A DNA stretch of 64,000 nt from Octopus vulgaris (lineage: Eukaryota), in contig OX597822.1 in the NCBI GenBank assembly GCA_951406725.2, positions 79,236,001 to 79,300,000 on the forward strand, given 5' to 3'. This document shows positions 25,860-39,854 of the stretch, in pieces. Every line of letters begins with the position of its first letter. The stretch's first letter is position 1. Position numbers and translations under genes: made by a program. The notes beneath the pieces were generated by a model that was not told where the DNA came from, ran no database searches, and saw nothing but the letters and a program-made list of their open reading frames with translations.

Positions 25860-26275
25860 ATCATCACCATCATTTAATGTCCTCTTTTCCATACTTGTAT
25901 GGGTCAGATGGAGTTTGTAGCCAGATGACCTACCTGTTGTCAACCCACATCTATTTCCAAGCAAGGTAATATTTTCCATGATCGGACATGTTTTTCATGC
26001 AAGACTAGAAACAAAACTGATGGTGATGCTCATTTATAGCCTTCATCTGATTTCAAGATAGAGGTATACAAAAACATACACACACCTATGTTTATGTGCA
26101 TACATGCATACATAAACACTAAGGACTTCTATCAGTTTCCATCTACCAAATTCACTCAGAAGGCTTTCGTTGGCCTGAGTTTATAGTAGAAGACTCTCAC
26201 CAAAGGTGCCATGCACTGAGATTGCATCCAAGACCACATGGTTGGGAAGCAAACTTCTTAATCATAAAGCTACCT
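25860..26275 (-). mobile_element. family-A SINE with RTE-type tail
   Basis: reverse-complement head ACCACATGGTTGGGAAGCAAACTTCTTA; CAGTTTCCATCTACCAAATTCACTCA; (CAT)n tail. Confidence 0.8.
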
Positions 26276-26757
26276 GCACCAATAGCCATATCTGCACCTA
26301 TTTTCCTTTCAGGGCCTTCAAGACTGAAGGAAAGGAAGGAAGTTGTCCTCAAACTGGAAACCTAGCCCTAAAAGCTTACAAGTCTCAGGTTAAACCCCAC
26401 CTTTTGTCACAGGAATCAAATTTGCACTACATACAATTTTTGTGCACACTGACAACTAACTACGAGTAACATGAAACATTTATACACAATGTTCAAAAAG
26501 TGAGCTCTAAAAAAGATACTAACATATTTCTTTTTTTCACTCTGTTTAAACTTCATTCATAAATTGTTTCAAAAAGAAAATATAGATTCACTTAGATTTA
26601 TTACAGCTGAATCAGGAAGTAGAATTAACATAATTAGATAAGGAAATATACAGAAAACAAGCTTGTTTCTCATGAGTTTAAGATACTATACACACACGTG
26701 TGTGTACATATATATACACATTTATACATATGCACACATGTGTATGGTATGTGTATA

Positions 26758-26821
<64 letters not shown>

Positions 26822-27513
26822 AATGTATCTATATATGTATATGTCCATAAATACACAAACATACTTAGATATACAATCATGCATGCAGACATTATATATA
26901 TATAGCCATATGCATACAAATCTTGGTGTGTGTGTATTTATAGTCACACACAAAAATATGCACATGACTGACTGCAATTCTTACACACATTACATAAATA
27001 GAAAGAAATAAGGAAGTAGAAAGAACTGCACAAAATATACACACATACAGACACATGCTACACACACACACACAAAGTGAGAGAATTAAAGAGGAAAAAA
27101 AAATAATAATTTCTTAGATTTTCTGCACCATTTAACTTAAACTCTACATAACCAACTCTTCAATAAAAGACATTAGCTTCCTTTCAATCTCATTTTTCAA
27201 TGGAGTAAACCTTATTACATCACCGAAGCAAAATCGAACAACATATTCTAACCATAAATATCGAATTTCTTATAATAAATTTGAAATGACATGAACAGAA
27301 ATGAAGGCATTGAGAATAGAAAAGAAAGGAAAAGAGAAAAAAAAACTAAAAAATAAATAAAAGAAAATTAAAAGAATTAAAAGAATATTTTATGATTTAG
27401 TTAAGAAGGAGTGGTAGGACCCATGAACTGTGCAGATCCTTTGAAACTAGTGAGATTAATACAGATTGTGCATGAAAATTGTGGTCTCTGGCCTTGGAGA
27501 ATATTTTCAGAGC

Positions 27514-27990
27514 CACAGGCATGACTGTGAGGCAAGAAGCTTGCTTCTCAACCACATGGTTCTGAGTATGGTTCCACTGCATGGCACCATGGGCAAGTGT
27601 CTTCTTCTGCTCTAGCTTCCAGTCAGCCAAAGCCTTGTAAGTGGATTTGATAGATGGAAACAGAAAGATATTGTTTGTGTGTGTGAATATATAAACATAT
27701 ATACATATATATCAACATATACAAATGTGTGTGTGTGTGTGTGTGTCTGTTTTACTGTTTCCATGCATTGTCATTACATAAAAGTTGTAAATGAATGTCT
27801 GTCATGTAAGCAGTGTCCTTTGTTCTAATCTTCCATGGAAGCATGTCTGGTTGTGGTGAAATATTGCCTTACTTGAAACCAAGTGAGGGTTGGCAACAGG
27901 AAAAGCATCTGGCTGTTGAAAATCTGCCTTAATAAATTCCATCCAAACCATGCAAGCATGGATAAGTGGACATTAAAATGATGATGATGG
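27514..27990 (+). mobile_element. family-A SINE with RTE-type tail
   Basis: head CAGGCATGACTGTG..GGTTCCACTGCATGGCACCATGGGCAAGTGTC; tail CCATGCAAGCATGGATAAGTGGACATTAAAATGATGATG. Confidence 0.85.
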
Positions 27991-29949
27991 TGGTTGTTCA
28001 GAGAAAGAAGAGTTGGGTAAAATGTGGTTAGGATGGTGACTGGGAGTATAAGATAACAATATAAAAAAATGAAATGAAAATAGATATAAATTCTGTGATC
28101 TGGATAATCAATGAAAATAATTAAAATTGATTTCTTATTTAGACATAAAATTTGCAATTGATGAGGAAAGAGATAGTATTGTGTGATATTCATGCCTCCC
28201 TTAGGGTCTCATTTTATGACACCTCTGCTATTCTCATCCCCTATTTAATGTATTCCATTAATCATACTCAGAATCCAATGTTGATGCTAGCGCCAGCCAT
28301 TTTACTGAGACGAGCAATGCTTTTGTTTGCTAATAGGAATTTTACAAACAATTGAACACTGTCTAAACATGCACTTAAACCAGACAATACACAGTGGATA
28401 GCTACAGGAAAATAAACTACCACTTAATGTAGACAAATCCAAACCAGTGGTATTTTGCTTTCAAAAAAGAGACCAGTTCATCAAATTGGAAAAGTGTTAA
28501 CTAAATTAGCTGATGATAAAAGTTTAGCTGATAATAAGGTTTCAGTTAGGCAGAGTTAATACTATTCAGTCTAAATTACCATACCATTTGCCTAAAGAGT
28601 TAAGAAGGTTTAATATTATTTTGTTTAAATTACTTTAACCATTCCCTATCTTCACATCTCCCTACTATTTCACCTTCCTCTATTCATGTTTAATTTTAAC
28701 TCTTCCAATGTCATACATACAATGAAATGCATTTTCTATATTATGTAATTAATTTTGGAAAATAATCAATAATTTGGAGGAATATGGTAAAATTTAGCAA
28801 AAGCAGTTATTTGGAACAATAAAACATTCTTATATAAAATTATAAAGTTTTAATTATTAAGAGATTTTGTATCATAAAATCAGTGGCAGTCATGGTAGGT
28901 GTTTTGATATCAATAAGGTTAAGAGATCTTAAAATGGTGCTAAATATCTTCAAGTCTTTGCAAAAGAGAAAAACTAAAAATATTTATCTAAGCCATTGTG
29001 CAGTAGTATTTAAATAAATATGTTGTATTTAATAACGAGTTGTCAGAAGTACAACTATGCAAATTGAGCTAGCCACCATAGGGCTACCGCCACAAGATCT
29101 AATCTGTGTTGTGGTGAGCTGGCTTATGTGAGTCAGTGACTCTGACAGCCATACCAGCAGAGTGTAAGTTGGAAGTAGGGCCTCCAATGTTGGATTGGTT
29201 GAAAGATAGAGGCCTCGCTGATATGGACCACTTTTCCCAGAGGTAAAAATGGGATTGTGCAGGGCCTACAGCCCTACCTAGAAAAAAAATGTTACAGAAG
29301 CCTTAATAATAAATCAAAACCAACAGATCTGGGAGAGGAAGGTCCTCAGGGCAACAAAATCTGAAAAGAATCTACAAGGCAGACTCCCTTTCTGATCACC
29401 AGGAAAAAAGACAGCCCAGAGTTGAAAACAGTAGAGATAAGTCATCGATGGCATATGCCCCATAAGAGTGAAAGGCTTAAGGAAAGTAAGTACCACAGGG
29501 CTAGATTAATTCAAGTCTATTTTATGGGCAAGTGATCTATGCTACTGATTGTGATGGGAACTGAATATGTCTTCTCTGAGGAGTAGTCAGCGAACTGTGA
29601 AACAGACCATCAGAAGACTTCCTCCCTCTTTCTTCTGCACATCAATAGTATAGAATGTGCTAACATTCGTATTCATATTTAATCCACACTGAAGCTTTGT
29701 GATATTTAAATCTATTTTTTAAAAATATGTTTAAGGGCCCATAAATTTACTTTTTAATCTCATAAAATAAAACTTGATAACATTATCAAAATAAATAAAC
29801 TAATAATGATTATTTGTTAATACAAATATATATATATCACTTCTCTGTTCTCCTTTTAGTTGTGTTTAATTTTTCTTCCTTTGTCTGATCATCTGAAATC
29901 TCTAATTCTTTAATAATTAGTGTGTGTGTGTGCATGCATGTATACGTGT

Positions 29950-30098
29950 GTGTGATAAGCTCAGAAAGTTCCATCTACGAGCTCTTAGTTCAGTCCAACT
30001 ACATGGCACTTTGGGCAAAAATCTATTAAGCCCCATACCCCGAGCTGCAAAGCCTTCAGAATAGATCTGGTAGACGGAAACTGAAAGAAACCTGTCAT
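29950..30098 (-). mobile_element. degraded family-A SINE fragment (family orientation plus; partial head/CORE)
   Basis: GTTCAGTCCAACTACATGGCACTTTGGGCAA..GGTAGACGGAAACTGAAAGAA; edges and strand assignment uncertain. Confidence 0.5.
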
Positions 30099-30344
30099 GC
30101 ATGCATGTGTGTATTCATTTATATTTGCACTTGAAAATTCGTTGGTGACTTTCCTGTCAATGGGTCATCTACTGGCTTAATACCTTCAATGACGTGTAGA
30201 ATAAGGTATTCCTCAACTGATAAAAACAGGTAAGGGTGAGCAACTGAAAGGGCATCCTGCTGTAAAACAATGTTACAATAATCTATTTGCCTAACCCACT
30301 AGAGAAACAAATATAAGAATGAATGAAACACTAATATCATACAC

Positions 30345-30407
<63 letters not shown>

Positions 30408-31969
30408 CCATCTACTAAATACTACTTACAAGGAAAAAGAGTCACAAAACAAGAACCAACCCAGAACTATGAGTTTATGCAAGAAACCTCTTAACCACAC
30501 AGCTATAGCTGTACATATATATCCTTTTAAGAAATGATATATAAATTTTATTGTTTTGCCAAGAGCTTACCATTTCCAATTTAATCAAATCACTTTAATA
30601 TCTCTCATATACAAATAGAATGTAGATTGTAGTCCAGTTTTCAACAGCAACAGTCAAAAGGTATTAAATAATGGAATACAATAATATAAATTCACTATCA
30701 AAAACTGATTATATAAGACTGATAAGAGTATATTATCACAAACAAATGTCCATACACACATATTTAGTTCTAACAATGGTAGAGTAAATCATAACCTGAG
30801 TTTTGTTGCCTAGGCCCAGGGCATTATCAATAAATCACTAAAATGAAAAACGATAAATAATAATGATTAATAGCATAGACACAAAATTACAAATTTTGTG
30901 AGAAGAGTATAAGTGACTGGAACGAAACTGGTACTTGACTGGTATTTCATTTTAGCAACCCTCAGAGTGAAAGTTGGAAACTATCCTGCCAAGGTTTTTA
31001 ACTGAAGACATAAAGGAGCAAGGCTAAACATTGCAAGGAATTTTCTCTGGTTTCTACCTGTAATTATTTTTATAAACCTTTCAGGTATGAGAAGGCAAAG
31101 TTACCTATTGCAAGATTTAAGCTCAGAACAATTTATTAGTGTTAGATGGGTGTAGACGAGGCTATGGAGTTTTTTTTTTAGCTTACTTCCTAACCATATG
31201 GCTCCAGGTTCAATCCCTATGCAAGCATGGGAAAGCAGATGTTTGATGATGATTAGATTTACAAATGGAATACAAATCATTTATATCTATACAGTGAAGG
31301 TCAGTACATGATCTTTGTCAAATTTGGAAAATATTATTCCAAGGAAAAGTTAAGAGGTATTGTTTTGTTTTGGTTGAATATTTTTGTTTTGTTTTGTTTT
31401 TAAACAATGGTGGGATGTATTCCTCCTTCACCTTCCACTAGTAACCATCTTCCAATTTAAAATTAACTAGCTACTTGGAAAGGCAGGGATTTCCATGACA
31501 ACAAATTACCAAATGAAAAAGCTCTCTGAAAGGATGCGACACAAATGGGGTGGGATGAGGGTGGAATGAAGTATTCCTACTGAATCTATTGAAAAAGGAA
31601 GATTAATAAACAATTTTCAAAATTCTCATCTCATTTCCTTACGATGTTCTTTTCTTTACTGATGCTGCTCAAGAGAGAGTGTGTGTATGTGTGTGTGCAT
31701 GCACATGTATGTGTGTATGTGTGTGTTTATTTAGGGTTATTTTCCTTGTCTGATAAAGACACCAGACAGGAGAATAGTGAAGTGTTCATTTCAGTACTGA
31801 GTATAAGTAACACTCTTGTAAGAATGGTGTTGAACATGTGTGTTACTAGATGTATATAGTCAGTACAAAGATAGTACTCAATATTAAGCAGACTGTATGT
31901 GTATTTCAGCTTGAGAAATTTAGTATAACTTGCAATTTACTGGGCACAATATTAAGGTAAAGTAAGTAC

Positions 31970-32340
31970 TGCCAGTGTGCACCTCCACCCACTGGCTCCC
32001 ATGCCGGTGTCATGTAAAAAGCACCACCCAAATGTGGTTGATGCCAGTGCCGCCTGACTGGCTCCCGTGCCAGTGGCATATAAAAAGCACCATCCAAATG
32101 TGATTGATGCCAGTGCCGCCTGACTGGCTTCTATGCCAGTGACATGTAAAAAGCACCCACTACACCCTCGGAATGGTTGGCCTTAGGAAGGGCCGGGAAG
32201 GTTTCTACAGCTGGATAGCTGTAGAAGCCTTGCCATTTCAAATTGGAGCCTGATGCAGCCTACTGGCTTGCCAGTCCTCAGTCAGACTGTCCAACCCATG
32301 CCAGCATAGAAAACGGACGTAAAATGACGATGATGATGAT
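31970..32340 (+). mobile_element. RTE-LINE 3' UTR and tail
   Basis: three GCCAGTGCCGCCTGACTGGCT-type units, then CCAACCCATGCCAGCATAGAAAACGGACGTAAAATGACGATGATGAT. Confidence 0.85.
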
Positions 32341-32357
32341 AGTGTTAAATATATTTA

Positions 32358-32798
32358 CAGGAATCCCTCGACAATTGCGGGTGTTACATTCCAAAACTCC
32401 CTGTGATAGGTGAAAATCCACAAAGTAAAAACAACACTGTATATTTTTATTATTTTTATAATTTGAATATATTTATTTTATTATAAATGCAAAACAACAT
32501 CACACACTTGCCTTCCAAGTTTCATTTTCCAACAGTATGTGCAATTCTTTGTTTATTCATCTCCGGTACACTACGTATTTTCTTTTAATATATTTTAATT
32601 AATGTGTTATACAGTGTAGTACTGCACTGTATTTTTATTAATTTATTAATTTTTAGACATGAAAATGCTTATTTTACCAAAGAAATATACTGAGGAGTCT
32701 GCAATATAAATTTACATATATTTACATATATTAACTAGGAAAGTCCACGATGTACTGAGGGTGCGACAGGTGAACCACAATATGGTGAGTGATAACAG
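32358..32798. mobile_element. Tigger/pogo-like MITE
   Basis: TA at both flanks; degenerate TIRs CAGGAATCCCTCGACAATTGCGG and CCACAATATGGTGAGTGATAACAG; AT-rich interior. Confidence 0.6.
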
Positions 32799-34035
32799 TA
32801 CTTTATATACAAACTGCACACACATATAGCTTTATTGTATATAATTATATATGCCTATACTGTACATATGTGTATATGTGTGTATGTATAACAGGCAGTT
32901 AGTGGGCATGAAAGTGTGTGTGTGTGAGAGTGGGAGGAGGGAGAAAGAGAAGGAGAGAAGAGAAGGTGTGAGAGAGGCTGCTTGTATGAATATGCATCAC
33001 ACAAATGTTCTGCACACATATCTTTACACACATGCATGCATGCACACACACACACACACAATTGTTTAAAACTAATCACGATTGTATGAGAATGTACAAG
33101 TATATATGAATCTATGGCTATACATTTTATTGTGAATGTGCGTGCATGGGTGATATGCATGAGCGTGTATGTGGGTAGGAATTATTCAAGTAATAAATTC
33201 TGAAGATCTAACAATTCCTTGGGAAATCAATCCAAGACTTTTTCAAGATTAAATAATCCAAATATATTAGGGCTTTGGTTTGTTCCATATCTGCTTTGTA
33301 ATTGTCTCTCTTCTCTCTCATTTTACAGTTTCATCTCCACCACACCTCAACAATCTAGTTCCTTTACAATAGCCACTACCACCAACACCAAAGCTACCAG
33401 CAGCAGCAGCAGCACTGCTTAACCATAATCACTGTTACTACTACTGTACTGCAATCATCATCATTACCGCCCACCCCTACATACACACACTGCACTATAA
33501 CCACTACCAACACTGCAAAATAAATACCATAGCTGCCACTACAACCACTATCACTACTTCAACCACTGCACTACAATTGCTGTTACTGTCACCACCACCA
33601 CCACTTAAATAGGATTACAATTGCAGCTACTAGCTCAGCCACTCCACCTGTACAACCACTAGCTCCATCTTCACCACCACAACTGCATGCAGTTCTCAGG
33701 ATGTTACATAAAAATGGTTGTATTATCCAATATTTTCAGCCAAAATTATACTAGACAAGATAACACCCACTCACTTGAACTTGCTGACCTTGTGCCCAAA
33801 TTTGAAATCAGTATTTAATCTCAGAGAAACTTCTCAAAGAGAAGTAGTCTTTGTCATTGAGGAGGCCAAATTCGGTCAAAACACAATGTCTAGCAACCCA
33901 CTGACCATTCTAAGTGATGGTTAGTTGGCCTTATTTGTCATTGGTCAACGGCATAACAAAGACAGTAATTTAACAACCTCTTCTGTGCCGGAGCTGTTTC
34001 CAGAAGCTGTTTCCTGTATTTATAAATACACAAGT

Positions 34036-34183
34036 TGGTGTGTGATGAAACTGGGAGATAATTAGGAGAAACTGAGAGATAATGAGGCTGACAATCATCT
34101 TAAAGCAAGAAGCTGGTGGTGATGGTGTTGGTGTGGAGCTCAGGTTCATCATATTTATCTAACAACTAAACTAATGGCTTATT
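34036..34183 (+). repeat. left arm of a 148-bp inverted duplication
   Basis: reverse complement of 39601-39748 at 146/148 positions; identical MMNLSSTPTPSPP.. ORFs appear on opposite strands in the ORF track. Confidence 0.95.
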
Positions 34184-36017
34184 TCTCTGAGACTAAATAT
34201 TACAGCTAGTGTTACTCCAGACGTGTGTGTGTACGTGCATGTGTGCACACCTTATTGTATCTTTCCCTTTTAGACAATAGAATATGATTAAGGTGTTTAG
34301 CTGTTATTTCTAGCAGTTTCATAAAGAATCCCTTACTGGCTCACACTCACTTGGCTGGCCATCAGGCTGTCCAAGACCATAGTCACTCAGCCATTCTGCT
34401 TCTGTAGTACTATGACATGTTAACTGCCACATGTATCACCCGGTGGTTCATTGCTTAGCTCGATGCAACAGCCAGTAACAGGCTGTGGTGGTTAACATGT
34501 TAAAGGCAATTAAAGGAGAATTTTATTTCTAAAGAAACAATTGGTTGCTAAATTGAAGAAACCAAATAAACAACACAAATATACCACTACATGTTTTAAA
34601 AAAATGGAGTTTTCTTGAGATATATTCATGGCTACATTGGGCAGCTTATGTAACCAACTACACAGAAACTTATTTCTTGGGTGAAAATGATGGCAGAAAC
34701 AAAGATGATGACAATGACGACAGATAATTGCAACACTTGTAATGACAATTATTATGATGATAGTAGTGATGGCAGTAAAAATGGCAATAGTGATGTGGGT
34801 ATGCATGAGTAAGTGAAAAACATTAACTACTAGCTAGTTATTATAAATATGTTATTGAGAATATGAATGTATGTATGAGAGAGAGAAAATGAGAAGATGG
34901 AGGTGAAGTAGAGAGAGATCACATCAAAAGGACTTTGACATCAAAATGTCTAAACATTTTTTTTGTTTTTATTAATAGATTTGTTTGGAATGTTCATTCT
35001 CAGATCAAACTATCCTTCAGTTAGAAAAGAAGAAGAAAAAAATCGGAAATAAATATGATTGCAAGAGAAGAGGTAGATGGAAGAGCACAAGTGGTGGTGG
35101 TGGTAATATTATTAAAATGGGTAATGGGGTGAGCCAGTAGTGGTAGTTAGTGGTAAGTGTGGTGGTAGGGTAATTAACAGTAGTAATGCTGGTGTGGGAG
35201 TAGAAATGGTGGCATGGTAAAAAAAGAAAAAAAATTACTAGTGTAGAGTTGTAGTAGGGTGGAGGAAATGACTGATGTTAGTTGAACTGATGAGAATTAC
35301 TGGTCATAATAATACAGTAGCAGTAGAGATGAAGATGACAGAAAAGGCAAAAAGATGGCAAAATGAAATTATGGAAGGATTTAATAGCAAAAAAAAAAGA
35401 AAGCAATTTTCATTCAATTACACAGCTTTTGTGTAACTGAAAAAAAATAGTAATTTTGATTTGGGGCGGGAATGACAGAAGTTGAGGTTAAAATGAGATG
35501 AGGAGGGAAGACAAACAATGATGGAGGAGACAGACAGACAATAGTAAGGGTAGATGAAGACAAGGAAGGAGATTTGGTGGAAAACTGACAGAAAGATAAC
35601 AAGAAAGAAAGGAGAGACAAAAAGATACAGCGACAAAGAGAGAACGGGCTTCTTCATTGTAAAGAATAAATATGGAGGAAAAGAAAACGGTGGCAGACAC
35701 ACTTCAATCTGGAACAACTAGATCCTAGCAAGGCTGCACAATCTTATTGAGGGAAGAAAAAATATTTCAGCTTTGATTAGTTGTTCCTTTTTTATAATGC
35801 TCATCTCAGGCTAACTTTAGAATACTGTAAATATATCTATGACTGAGCTGTCATCTCTCTCTCTCTCTTTCTCTCACCACACAATCACCTTAGGTGGTAT
35901 CTGAAGAGAACTAGAATACTGAACCATCACTTTTTGTAAATTCAACTTATACGCAAATTACACTTTTGGCTTTATAACCTCAACCATTTTTTCCATATAG
36001 GATTAAAGGCATACAAT

Positions 36018-36466
36018 AGGTGCTGAGTGGTTAAGAAGATTGCTTCCCAACCATATGGTCATAGGTTCAATCTCTCTGCATGACACCTTGGGCAACAATC
36101 TTCTATTATAGCCCCAGGGTAACCAAAACCTTTTGAGTGGATATGATTGATGGGAACTGAAAGAAACTCATCATATATGCCTATGTATGTGTGTGTGTAT
36201 GTGTGTGTGTGTGTGTATAAGTGTGTGTGCGTTTGAGCCTATCCTTGTCTAGACATCACAAGATGGTTGCAAACAAGCACCATCATCATACAAGTGAGGC
36301 TGTTTGTTCTTCTGTGACAATCATGTCTATCAATAAGAAAATATTGCTTTACTTGGAAATAGGTGAGGGTTGGCAACAAGAAGGGCATCTGGCCATAGAA
36401 AATATGCTTTGACTAACAGTATCTGACCCAAGCAAGCATGGAAATGCTGACAGTAAATGATGATGA
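36018..36466 (+). mobile_element. family-A SINE with RTE-type tail
   Basis: TGCTGAGTGGTTAAGAAG..GGTTCAATCTC..GACACCTTGGGCAA; (TG)n; tail GCAAGCATGGAAATGCTGACAGTAAATGATGATG. Confidence 0.82.
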
Positions 36467-36967
36467 GTACATGGAATGGTAAAGTATTCGAGGAGCTATT
36501 TTACAGATAGGAATACTGTTGGGAGACATTTAGGCACCAGTGCTTTTCTCCAGTTTTATAGTATAACATAGGTAGGACACTTGACTATTATAGTTACCAT
36601 TCTCAGATAATCCAGTTACTATCTCTACACAGGTGGGTGAACTGAGGACCATAAAATTATATGCCCTACCTGGATATACAACAAAATGTCTGTGACAATT
36701 TGAACTGAAATCCTATGAGATAGCAGTCAGTTCAATTTCATATATACTTAATCACTTCACTTCATTTCTTGCAAATAGATAAATCTTCCTCAGAAAACAT
36801 TTCTAGATTGTCTGGTACCTATTTCAGAGAGCCAAGTGAATTAGAGTGTGTAGAATTAAGTATATTTCTTTTTCCAAATACACTACATCAACCAAGAAGT
36901 AAAGAGAGGAGATACCAAGAGGTGCACAGACATACAATAGGGCCACATTAGGAATTAATGCACTCAC

Positions 36968-37071
36968 ATACTTCAAATGGTAAAGTACTTGGGGTGCCAC
37001 TTTACAGTACTGTTTTACTTCAGAGGAGAAACTGATAGTAGGGGATGAGGTGTGGTCCAATTTGGAGGAAC
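36968..37071 (-). other. candidate 104-nt internal exon
   Basis: acceptor TTTCAG|G and donor TAT|GTGAGT (alternative GAA|GTATGT); one open frame GSSKLDHTSSPTISFSSEVKQYCKVAPQVLYHLKY; no homology recognised. Confidence 0.3.
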
Positions 37072-37737
37072 CTGAAACCACACACACACACATTATATAC
37101 ATGTGTGTGTGTATGTATATAATACACAAACATGCGTGTATGTGCATATAGGAGGAAAAGAAGGTTGAAGAAGCTAACAAAGAAAACGATAAAGAAAAGG
37201 ACTGAAACAAAAAGTAAATAAAGGAAGCAGAAGGAAAAGAAGATGAATAAAAATAAGATAATTACAAGAAGAGTAAAATATTACGGTGTTATATACCAGG
37301 AACATAATCTGAAGATGATTTGGCAAGAATTAGAAATAATCTATAAATGAGAGACAGGGGAAGAGGTATTGAAACCTCTATCTAAATATAGTAAAGAGAA
37401 AAAAAAGAAAAGGTGTCAGAAGAAATCAAGAAAAGAGGAAGGAAAAGGTAAAACAATAATGCATATATATGTGTGTGCGTGTGTAATGTATATATATTAC
37501 ATGTAATTTGAGACTACACGCACATACATACACTGAATTTTATTCAGCATGGCAGCCTTGTTGGGATACCAATTTCAAAGAATAGTCAATTTCATTGACC
37601 CTACTTATTTTATTGACCTTGGAAAGAAGAAAAGCAGTAGATTCAGAATGCAAAAGGCTGATGTAACCAAATACCAGAGAACATATTGTCTGAAAATTGT
37701 CTAAATCAACTATCCATCCATCTATGTACACACACAA

Positions 37738-37773
<36 letters not shown>

Positions 37774-38423
37774 ATGAGGCCAAGAGAGACAGTCAGGTAT
37801 GAAACTGATCTACCATAATCATTATTATCGCTTATGCTGCAATACTAGCCTTATCATTACTTCTGCATACATGTCATACCATTACTATCATCACACCATT
37901 TAGACCCAATACTCAACTTGTCGGAGCCAACAAAGGAGCCCCTACATGGTACTTCAGCCAGCTAGAAATGATACCTACTTCTCCTTTAAATTAGACCTTA
38001 CCATCATTGGATAATGTGAGCTTAGGTTCTCTGCACACAGAAAGAAAGACAATCGTCAGAGCTGGAATATTTTTGATCACCTATGCTTGATCAGGTTTGA
38101 ACTAGGACTAAACAACAGTGAAAGAGAATAAAACCTTGTGCATATACAAGATTGCTGTAAAATGATATTTTGTGTGAGTTGGGTGTGTGCCTGAGAATGA
38201 AAGGGAGAAAATATTTGTACATAAAACCTTAAATATATGTTTATGTATGTGAAGAAGAGATTATGTAAATGTGGTGTTTTTTAGTCACAAGTTAACTTTG
38301 GTCAAACAGACCTATGATTAAAATGCGTTCCAATTGAGACCATCCTGCTTTGATTCTGTCTTATAATTCAAGTAAAATGTTTGAGGACCACTTTACCCAA
38401 CATAATCTTCTATCCCTTTAAGT

Positions 38424-38720
38424 CAGTAGTTTCCAAACTTTTTCAGGTTGCCATCCCCTTAGCACCCAGGCCACAATCCTAGTGCTCTGCTCACCCTCCC
38501 CACCATAAATATAGACCCTTTCTGCAGCAAATTCAAAACAACTGTATTTTACAAATAAAACTAAAACCTAATTAACCTATTAACGTTTTTTTTTTTGTTT
38601 TATTTTTTACATCTATCACCCCATTTTGGCCACCCCATTATCATCCCACTTTTCTTCAATGCCCCCTGGATCTTTCTACTGCCTGCAAGAGGGCAGTACT
38701 GCCCACTTTGGGAACCACTG
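38424..38720. mobile_element. hAT (Charlie-like) MITE nested in an older repeat
   Basis: TIRs CAGTAGTTTCCAAA and TTTGGGAACCACTG; 8-bp TSD CTTTAAGT/CATTAAGT. Confidence 0.88.
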
Positions 38721-38809
38721 CATTAAGTGGTAGGGGTGATTTGACGGAAATTTGGTAGCTATTTCCAGCAGGTCAAGCAGTTACATAAGAGGCTGGTTAT
38801 TACATGTAT

Positions 38810-38852
<43 letters not shown>

Positions 38853-38972
38853 CTAAGTCTATATGTAAATGCAAGTACATGGTTTGGTTTAATGAATGAG
38901 AATATTTATGTTTGTATATATAAGTGTGGGTATTTGCTTATAGATGTGACTGAATGCATGAGTATAAGTGTA

Positions 38973-39011
<39 letters not shown>

Positions 39012-39600
39012 GTCTGTATGGAAATGTGTGTGTGTGTGTGTGTGTGTGTGCGCACGCGGGTGCAAGAACAAGTGCATGTCTGTATGTGTGTGTGTATGTG
39101 CATGTTTATACCAGGAAAGTACACTACCACATTACTTAGTACCAAAGTAAAGGATCTATTAATCAGAAATATGTCTTAGAGGCAAGTTTGAAGGAAGGTA
39201 TGAAAGAAGAAGAGGTAGAATGGAGGGAAGGAAAAAAAGGAGAGAAGAGTGAGAGAGAAGGAAATGGGTAAGAGAGTGAGAGAGGAACTAATCTGAGAAG
39301 TAATGGGGTACAGAATTCCACTCCCACCGCCTTCTGCTATAGTGAATTTGGTCTCTTTACCTCTCCAATTTCAGGATATGGAGGAGAGGTGGATAGCGAA
39401 AGACAGATGGAAGGTATGTAGTGGTTGTGGTGATGGTGATGACTTTTATTTATTTACTGCTAAAAGTCCTTTAGTGCCTACAACCTTCATTACAGTAAAC
39501 TGGATCAACAACAACAACTACAATTATAAATGCTACTACTACTACTGCTATAGCTATGAGAAAATAAACAGTTGTAAATGGTGGTGATGGTGATGGTATG

Positions 39601-39748
39601 AATAAGCCATTACTTTAGGTGTTAGATAAATATGATGAACCTGAGCTCCACACCAACACCATCACCACCAGCTTCTTGCTTTAAGATGATTGTCAGCCTC
39701 ATTATCTCTCAGTTTCTCCTAATTATCTCCCAGTTTCATCACACACCA
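39601..39748 (-). repeat. right arm of the 148-bp inverted duplication
   Basis: reverse complement of 34036-34183 at 146/148 positions. Confidence 0.95.
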
Positions 39749-39854
39749 CTGTTGCTGCCACCACCACATATGCATGGAGTAATTCCATCAGCTAGGAACC
39801 AGTTCCTTTGTTGCTATGGCAATCAACAAGGAAAAAAAAACATGACACAACAAG

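Noticed and set aside
33970-34152. Duplicated small protein MMNLSSTPTPSPP.. (also 39632-39877)
   Set aside because: Identity stops at the edge of the inverted duplication; the shared ORF is a by-product of the duplication.
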